This document shows, in pieces, positions 27,591-32,000 of a DNA stretch of 32,000 nucleotides. The notes below the pieces were generated by a model, which was not told where the DNA came from, did no database searches, and was given only the letters and a program-made list of their open reading frames with translations. The DNA is from Comamonadaceae bacterium (lineage in GTDB: Bacteria; Pseudomonadota; Gammaproteobacteria; Burkholderiales; Burkholderiaceae_C). Position 1 is the stretch's first letter; each line of letters begins with the position of its first letter. Position numbers and translations under genes: made by a program. The stretch spans positions 10,428-42,427 of the forward strand of contig CANFJQ010000007.1 of the NCBI GenBank assembly GCA_947447615.1, in the 5' to 3' direction.

Positions 27591-28052
27591 ATGAAGAGCC
27601 AAAGAGAAATCGCAGTACGTCTGTACGCCAATCCCAAACTGGGAACCACCTACGCTAAAGGCATGTACCACTCAGCAGTATTTAACGCCGCTGCAGATGT
27701 TAAACATCCCTATGCCAAGTACCTGCTGGACTACCACACCTATGAGCGATGGGAGCATTCAGCCAAAACGGATGAACAGATGCAGGTGCTGCGTGAGACA
27801 CATGGCATGACTGCCACTGATGCACTTTTTAGTTGGGTGGTGCAGTACGACCCCAGCACCAAAGCCAAGCAGCCCGTCTTTGGGTTTAGTTACCTGAACC
27901 TGGCAGACAACTCACTGGGCTTACTGGTAATGCCTGAAGGTGAGGACGAACCCGCACAATGGATACTGACTGCCAAGCCCTGCAAAGAACGCATGGGCTG
28001 CAAGAGCCCTACCCTGCTGGCTACCAACGCAGATGACTTGGGCAGTTGGTAA
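27591..28052 (+). CDS. hypothetical protein, 153 aa
   Basis: Strong RBS (taaggagataaaaatATG). No domain recognised. Confidence 0.65.
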   Translation: MKSQREIAVRLYANPKLGTTYAKGMYHSAVFNAAADVKHPYAKYLLDYHTYERWEHSAKTDEQMQVLRETHGMTATDALFSWVVQYDPSTKAKQPVFGFSYLNLADNSLGLLVMPEGEDEPAQWILTAKPCKERMGCKSPTLLATNADDLGSW

Positions 28053-28660
28053 TTAAACAGCCCAGCGGGTTTAGCGTATTTAAACCGCCAAATCCGCTGT
28101 CCTAGCACCTGCCCTGCTACCCATGTAGGGCTATTCAGTGTGTGTCTATGTAGGTGTATGTAATTCCACGTGCAGTCACATTGCTGTTCATCAAAACACA
28201 AATGACATGCCACGTCCTAAGTGGGAATAGGTGATGCACATGACAGGTGACTTAGATTAAAACCACCAGCACTGATTAAACAGAAACCACGCAGATTATG
28301 CACAGCAGGTTTTTTGACTGCTGCTATAGAGGGGGCGGACTACTTTGCACAGCAGCACCTCAAATCCAGCGATAGTGCGGCGATACACCACCTAGCAAGG
28401 GCTTGGGTGCTGGGCACTGCGTAGGCTACGTGTAGGGCGTTTTACGCTGTACGTCTGCATCTGTTCCGCATCTGTGTCCGCTGCCCCACACCCAGCACTA
28501 AATAGTCAATACCAAAGAGAATTAGTAATCTACTTGCTCGGCAGTGCAAGTCATTGAAATTGAACGAATCAGCAATACACCGCCACTTTGGCGGGTTTCG
28601 GTTGCCCTCTCTGCGGCTAAGACTACATACTGCAACAACACAAACTATTTGGAGAAAAGA

Positions 28661-29233
28661 ATGGCAGCAGCAAAATCCCTAACCCCCGCAGAAATTGAGC
28701 GTGTTTTGCAATACATGTCCCACCGCTCTTTTGCACAACGCAATCGTGCCATGCTGATGATGACGGTGGCAGCGGGCTTGCGGGTTGGAGAAGTGGCGGG
28801 ACTTACGCTGGGTGATGTGCTTGAGGACGATGGCTCCGTGCGTGGCGAGATTTACCTTGCAGCACATCGCACCAAGCACAACCATGCAAGAACCATTTAC
28901 CTCAACACCAGGCTACAGGCGGAACTGGCTGCTTACATCCAACAGAGAACCGTTCGTCCCGCAAACTTTCCCCTGTTTCCCACCAATAGGGGCGATAGGT
29001 GTGCGTTCAGTGCAAATACCCTCACCCAGCACTTCTTTTGGATTTACAAGCGGGCTGGGCTAAAAAATTGCAGTTCGCACAGCGGACGCAAGACATTTAT
29101 AACCTCACTCGCATCGCAAGGGGTTAGCGTGTTTGTACTCGCTTCCCTCGCCGGGCACCTATCCATTGCTACCACCCAAAAATATGTGACTGTGAATGAC
29201 GACATCAAGCGTAGGGCGGTGGAGTTGGTTTGA
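28661..29233 (+). CDS. minimal tyrosine recombinase, catalytic domain only (~190 aa)
   Basis: The ATG at 28661 is preceded by ggagaaaaga. Catalytic pattern: AGLRVGEV (Arg), HSGRKTF (H-x-x-R), and GHLSIATTQKY (His...Tyr). The listed upstream extension from 28544 is unlikely to be real. Confidence 0.8.
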   Translation: MAAAKSLTPAEIERVLQYMSHRSFAQRNRAMLMMTVAAGLRVGEVAGLTLGDVLEDDGSVRGEIYLAAHRTKHNHARTIYLNTRLQAELAAYIQQRTVRPANFPLFPTNRGDRCAFSANTLTQHFFWIYKRAGLKNCSSHSGRKTFITSLASQGVSVFVLASLAGHLSIATTQKYVTVNDDIKRRAVELV

Positions 29234-29581
29234 CTATTTGCCAATGTAGAAAACGACATCGGCTTTCTTAACCTTACGTACCCTTGCTTTGGACATGTCA
29301 ATTTGAAATATTGGACCGCGTGTCTTTAGCCTGTGCTTGAACCACAGACAATACACTTCTACATCCTGCCATCCATCAAAATCAGTTAGAACCTTTTCGG
29401 GCTTAGCCAGTACAAAGGTGCCGCCGAAATGTGCGTTTCTATAGGTTGCATGTGGTGCGTCAATCACTGTCATGTTTTCCACAGTGATGGAATCCACAGT
29501 TCTACCTTTAGGATATGTGTGAGGACAACGGTGCTTGGGTACATCATCGTTCCAAATCGGTGCTGAAAAATACTCATTCAT
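29234..29581 (-). CDS. hypothetical protein, 115 aa
   Basis: The ATG at 29581 has aggag 9 nt upstream. It lies downstream of, and on the same strand as, the 244-aa regulator gene. Its stop codon directly abuts the recombinase stop codon. Confidence 0.55.
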   Translation of the reverse strand: MNEYFSAPIWNDDVPKHRCPHTYPKGRTVDSITVENMTVIDAPHATYRNAHFGGTFVLAKPEKVLTDFDGWQDVEVYCLWFKHRLKTRGPIFQIDMSKARVRKVKKADVVFYIGK

Positions 29582-29628
29582 ACTTGGCACTCCTACCAAA
29601 AATTGTTAATTAGCAAGACACACCCTAT

Positions 29629-29645
29629 TGTCGGGTAACACGACA
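29629..29645. repeat. Near-copy of the palindrome (tgtcgg-gtaac-acgaca)
   Basis: One mismatch in the left arm. Intergenic, between the 244-aa gene stop and the 115-aa gene start. Confidence 0.7.
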
Positions 29646-29647
29646 CC

Positions 29648-30382
29648 CTAGCGGCTATTTGGAAACTGCCCCTTACCCGTGTTGGCGACGATGCGGGCGG
29701 CATCTTTGAAATAGCGACTAACGGTGGCTGCCATCACGCTTCTCTTATCCATCGCCTCACTGACGGTGTCTTTGGGGTTGGGCATGGCGGTTTTAACCAA
29801 ACCCAAGTCAGCACCAATTTTTGCTAATGTCTTTTTTACCCCTCCCCGCCGCACCGCCATCACCTCGTCATAGACAGCCAGTTGCTGCTTAAGCGTTTTA
29901 GTGCTGACATTGCGGTGCAGTTTGTATCGGGCGTTACTTGCATCTTTGTCACTTAGGGCTTTACGCCCCCGCTTACCTCCATGTCGCTGCTTTAACAAAC
30001 GGGCGAAAAATCCCTGCAAGTAGCGTTTAGATATGTCCAGCGGCACAGCCACCACCATCACCTTGTCCTTAGTCCATGCAGCATCCCATTCGCTGGGATT
30101 TGCAAGTTCCATCAATTTGACGGGTTTGGACTTTTCCGCAAACAGGCGGTATCCATGTTGTCCCCACCACTGCTTAAAGGTGTCGTGTGAAACGACACCA
30201 AAGTCAGCGTACAGGGCTGCCATCTCACCCGTGCCGCCAGCAGCACAACAGGCGGCATAGGCTTCATTACGCCGCAAGAACTCCCACCACCAGTAGTAGG
30301 GGCTGTCCTCCTGCGTACCTGTAAGGGAAGACTTCTTTCCACGTCCCCACGTAGGGTGCTGTCCTTTAAAAACTATGCCCAT
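29648..30382 (-). CDS. putative transcriptional regulator with an N-terminal YYWWWEFLRRN motif and a C-terminal HTH-like segment
   Basis: The W-E-F-L-R-R-N motif is one I recall from an uncharacterised N-terminal domain of regulators on integrative/conjugative elements; this is unverified. KTLAKIGADLGLV looks like an HTH. Confidence 0.6.
   Translation of the reverse strand: MGIVFKGQHPTWGRGKKSSLTGTQEDSPYYWWWEFLRRNEAYAACCAAGGTGEMAALYADFGVVSHDTFKQWWGQHGYRLFAEKSKPVKLMELANPSEWDAAWTKDKVMVVAVPLDISKRYLQGFFARLLKQRHGGKRGRKALSDKDASNARYKLHRNVSTKTLKQQLAVYDEVMAVRRGGVKKTLAKIGADLGLVKTAMPNPKDTVSEAMDKRSVMAATVSRYFKDAARIVANTGKGQFPNSR
30181..30197. repeat. Palindrome TGTCGT-gtgaa-ACGACA (exact; extended form ggtgtcgt...acgacacc)
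   Basis: Read directly. It lies inside the 244-aa gene, where it encodes G-V-V-S-H-D-T. Confidence 0.9.
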
Positions 30383-30420
30383 ATTGTATTAACACTCTAA
30401 TTACATCTAATGTACTGCTA

Positions 30421-30450
30421 CTGACACAAGGTGACTATACCAAATATAAT
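30421..30450 (+). promoter_or_regulatory. Candidate sigma70-type promoter for the 294-aa gene
   Basis: ctgaca (30421-30426), then 18 nt, then tataat (30445-30450), in an AT-rich divergent intergenic region. Pattern match only. Confidence 0.35.
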
Positions 30451-30605
30451 TTACCCATGTTCAACGCATCGCCGTTTAACTGAAAAGTTCATTAAAAATC
30501 AACGACTTATATACCTTAAACGTCTTCTGACGCTAACGCCTTGTGCGTATCTTTGTATCTCTTTTGGGTTCTTTATTTTTAACATTCTATTTGAAAGAAA
30601 ATTGT

Positions 30606-31487
30606 ATGACTACTTCTACTATCAACTCTGCCGCTAACGCAACCGCCAATGCTGCAACACCTGTCGTGTCACACGACACCCCCGCTATCAGCCCGCTAAT
30701 GGCTGCTGCACTGACTGCCGCCAACAAGGGCGTCAATGAAGCAATTTTCACGCTGGAACGCTTGGAAGGGGAACGTGAGACTTGGGAGACAAAGGAATTG
30801 GCTGCCAGCCGCAACCGTCTGTACTCCCTGCTGACGGACTGCTACTCCTACTACCTGTCTATGAAAACGGACAACCGTGCCGCAGTGCGGGAACAATTCA
30901 AAAAGGGATTGGAAACCTTCATCACCGTACGCAAATACACCTTTACCCCTACATCGCACGACATTAACAAAATCGTTAAGTCTGTGTTTGGGGTGGAACG
31001 TCGTCGTGTCAGTGCCTACAGCCTGGCACTTCGTGCAGCACTCACTGGTGGTGCAAAGGACGCACAAGGTAAGCAGCACCCCGTGCCTGCTGCTGACTTG
31101 GCGGCTTGGTTGGAACAGCAAGGCGGCGTGGAGGAGGTGCGTATGGGTAGCAAAAACGCAGGCATGACTGTGAAAGAACGTGCAGACGTTGCAAAAACCG
31201 CACTTCAATCTGCGGTGCTTATGACGCTTAAGGCTGACGCAAAAGTCATGCCCTTTGACACGGATGACGTGGATAAGATGATGGTGCTAGTTGCTACCTA
31301 CCGCCCCAACGGTGAATTGGACATTAGTGCTGTCGTAAAAAACGACACCGCCGTACGTGCCGCACTGGCTGCGTATTACAGCGGCAACAAAGAGGGTGTG
31401 CAACAGGCTGCTGACAAGGCGGCAAACGAACCTGCACCTGAGAGTGCCATCACGCTGGCACTGGCACAAACCGCCTCTGTCCAATAA
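30606..31487 (+). CDS. hypothetical protein, 294 aa
   Basis: The ATG at 30606 is preferred over the listed GTG at 30543. Ala-rich and helical, with no domain recognised. It contains two copies of the palindrome. Confidence 0.6.
   Translation: MTTSTINSAANATANAATPVVSHDTPAISPLMAAALTAANKGVNEAIFTLERLEGERETWETKELAASRNRLYSLLTDCYSYYLSMKTDNRAAVREQFKKGLETFITVRKYTFTPTSHDINKIVKSVFGVERRRVSAYSLALRAALTGGAKDAQGKQHPVPAADLAAWLEQQGGVEEVRMGSKNAGMTVKERADVAKTALQSAVLMTLKADAKVMPFDTDDVDKMMVLVATYRPNGELDISAVVKNDTAVRAALAAYYSGNKEGVQQAADKAANEPAPESAITLALAQTASVQ
30662..30678. repeat. Palindrome TGTCGT-gtcac-ACGACA (exact; 8-bp arms)
   Basis: Read directly. It encodes P-V-V-S-H-D-T in the 294-aa gene. Confidence 0.9.
31331..31347. 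repeat. Palindrome TGTCGT-aaaaa-ACGACA (exact)
   Basis: Read directly. It encodes A-V-V-K-N-D-T in the 294-aa gene. Confidence 0.9.
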
Positions 31488-31509
31488 ACAATCAACTTCA
31501 ACTTAGGAC

Positions 31510-31536
31510 ATGGGAGGGGCAACCCTCCCATTTTTA
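31510..31536 (+). terminator. Rho-independent terminator after the 294-aa gene
   Basis: Stem atgggaggg, loop gcaa, stem ccctcccat, followed by ttttt. Confidence 0.8.
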
Positions 31537-31541
31537 TTGCT

Positions 31542-32000
31542 ATGAACATTTATCCATCAAACTTTAATAGCCCCTTTAAACCCACCGCACTGGCAGACTT
31601 TGTCATCAGCGATGACGCATCCCGCACCCAGTTGGACAGCATCGTTAATGGACGGCTGCCATTTCCCCTGTTTGGTAAGAACGCAATCTGCCTGTGGGGT
31701 ATTAACGGCAGCGGCAAAAGCACACTGGCACTGATGCTGCCTCAACTATTGGAACAATCAGCCCGCCTGATTGGTTCGCAGCGGGCAGCAGGTATGTTTG
31801 CAAGTTCTCACTACTGGGAACTGACGGAGTGTGCAATTGGTATGAACAGCCTGTCCATGCTTACGGACTTGAACAAGCGTTGCAAGGACATGATGGCGAC
31901 AAGTCCCAGTGGCTGGCACTATGAGGTGTTGGACGAAGTGGATTTGCTAACCCCTGCTGCAATGGCGGGGCTGAAAACTGCCATCACGTTTGCAAACAGC
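31542..32000 (+). CDS. AAA+ ATPase, clamp-loader (T4 gp44 / RFC small subunit)-like; 3' end lies outside the window
   Basis: Hand translation gives MNIYPSNFNSPFKPTALADFVISDD...GRLPFPLFGKNAICLWGINGSGKSTLALML...HYEVLDEVDLL. That is a KP-x-x-L-x-D-F box, Walker A and Walker B in the RFC/gp44 order. It is open to the end of the window and is not in the ORF track. Confidence 0.6.
   Translation, partial: MNIYPSNFNSPFKPTALADFVISDDASRTQLDSIVNGRLPFPLFGKNAICLWGINGSGKSTLALMLPQLLEQSARLIGSQRAAGMFASSHYWELTECAIGMNSLSMLTDLNKRCKDMMATSPSGWHYEVLDEVDLLTPAAMAGLKTAITFANS

Larger units (their letters stand above)
26032..32000. mobile_element. Second integrated element (element 2), continuing beyond the window; satellite- or plasmid-like, type unknown
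   Basis: It starts at the tRNA-fragment boundary. Composition is intermediate. It carries a recombinase, a regulator, an AAA+ ATPase, an iteron-like array and an element-specific palindrome family. Confidence 0.5.

Noticed and set aside
27890-28213. A 107-aa minus-strand ORF overlapping the 3' end of the 153-aa gene and the non-coding region.
   Set aside because: It overlaps a gene that has a strong RBS. It has no RBS of its own and an implausible composition.
30543-30605. An upstream GTG start that would give the 294-aa protein a hydrophobic, signal-peptide-like N-terminus (MRIFVSLLGSLFLTFYL).
   Set aside because: This stretch is an AT-rich promoter-like sequence, where Phe/Leu/Ile codons arise by composition. 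The ATG at 30606 is the simpler start. It is not excluded, and N-terminal proteomics or homologue alignment would decide.
30606-32000. The idea that the 294-aa ORF and the ATPase ORF are one gene joined by stop-codon read-through, since they share a frame.
   Set aside because: A canonical terminator hairpin occupies the 18 intervening codons. The shared frame has a one-in-three chance probability, and the ATPase homology begins right at its own ATG.

Overview
The window has two parts.

**Core chromosome (nt 1-21189).** This is high-GC sequence with gene order typical of Betaproteobacteria/Burkholderiales; the taxon is an inference only. It carries:
- a yejABEF-like peptide ABC importer and a CDGSH Fe-S protein;
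- an alpha/beta hydrolase-folK-pcnB cluster, a HAD hydrolase and hda;
- a PerM-like permease, purM, and exbB-exbD-exbD-tonB;
- a SirB1-like protein, murJ, rpsT, a flavin reductase, a DUF3579 protein, argD and argF.

**Accessory DNA (nt 21190-32000).** Composition drops abruptly at the argF stop codon. Hand counts on a few 60-nt lines give about 30-45% GC at 24.6-25.0 kb, against about 70% in one core line. This part appears to be two integrated elements lying side by side, separated by a 45-nt tRNA-Lys(UUU) 3' half at 25987-26031, which I read as an att remnant.

- **Island 1 (21190-25986)** is decayed. Its tyrosine integrase has an in-frame TAA, and its central part is replaced by a very low-GC methyltransferase-like gene. 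A second copy of the integrase 3' end lies further on. The cargo is envelope-type: a small secreted Cys protein, a GT2 glycosyltransferase and a lipoprotein.
- **Element 2 (26032 to beyond 32000)** encodes mostly uncharacterised proteins: a minimal 190-aa tyrosine recombinase, a WEFLRRN-motif regulator, a 294-aa protein and a gp44/RFC-like AAA+ ATPase.

**Most unusual signals, both in element 2.**
1. A dense, strand-polar array of GTNAC pentamers with a 7-9 bp period at 27333-27565.
2. A 17-bp palindrome, TGTCGT-N5-ACGACA, present four times exactly and twice nearly. Three copies sit inside genes, always in the frame that encodes V-V-x-x-D-T.

No CRISPR array, rRNA or intact tRNA was seen. All functional calls come from motif recognition by eye; no database search was possible.
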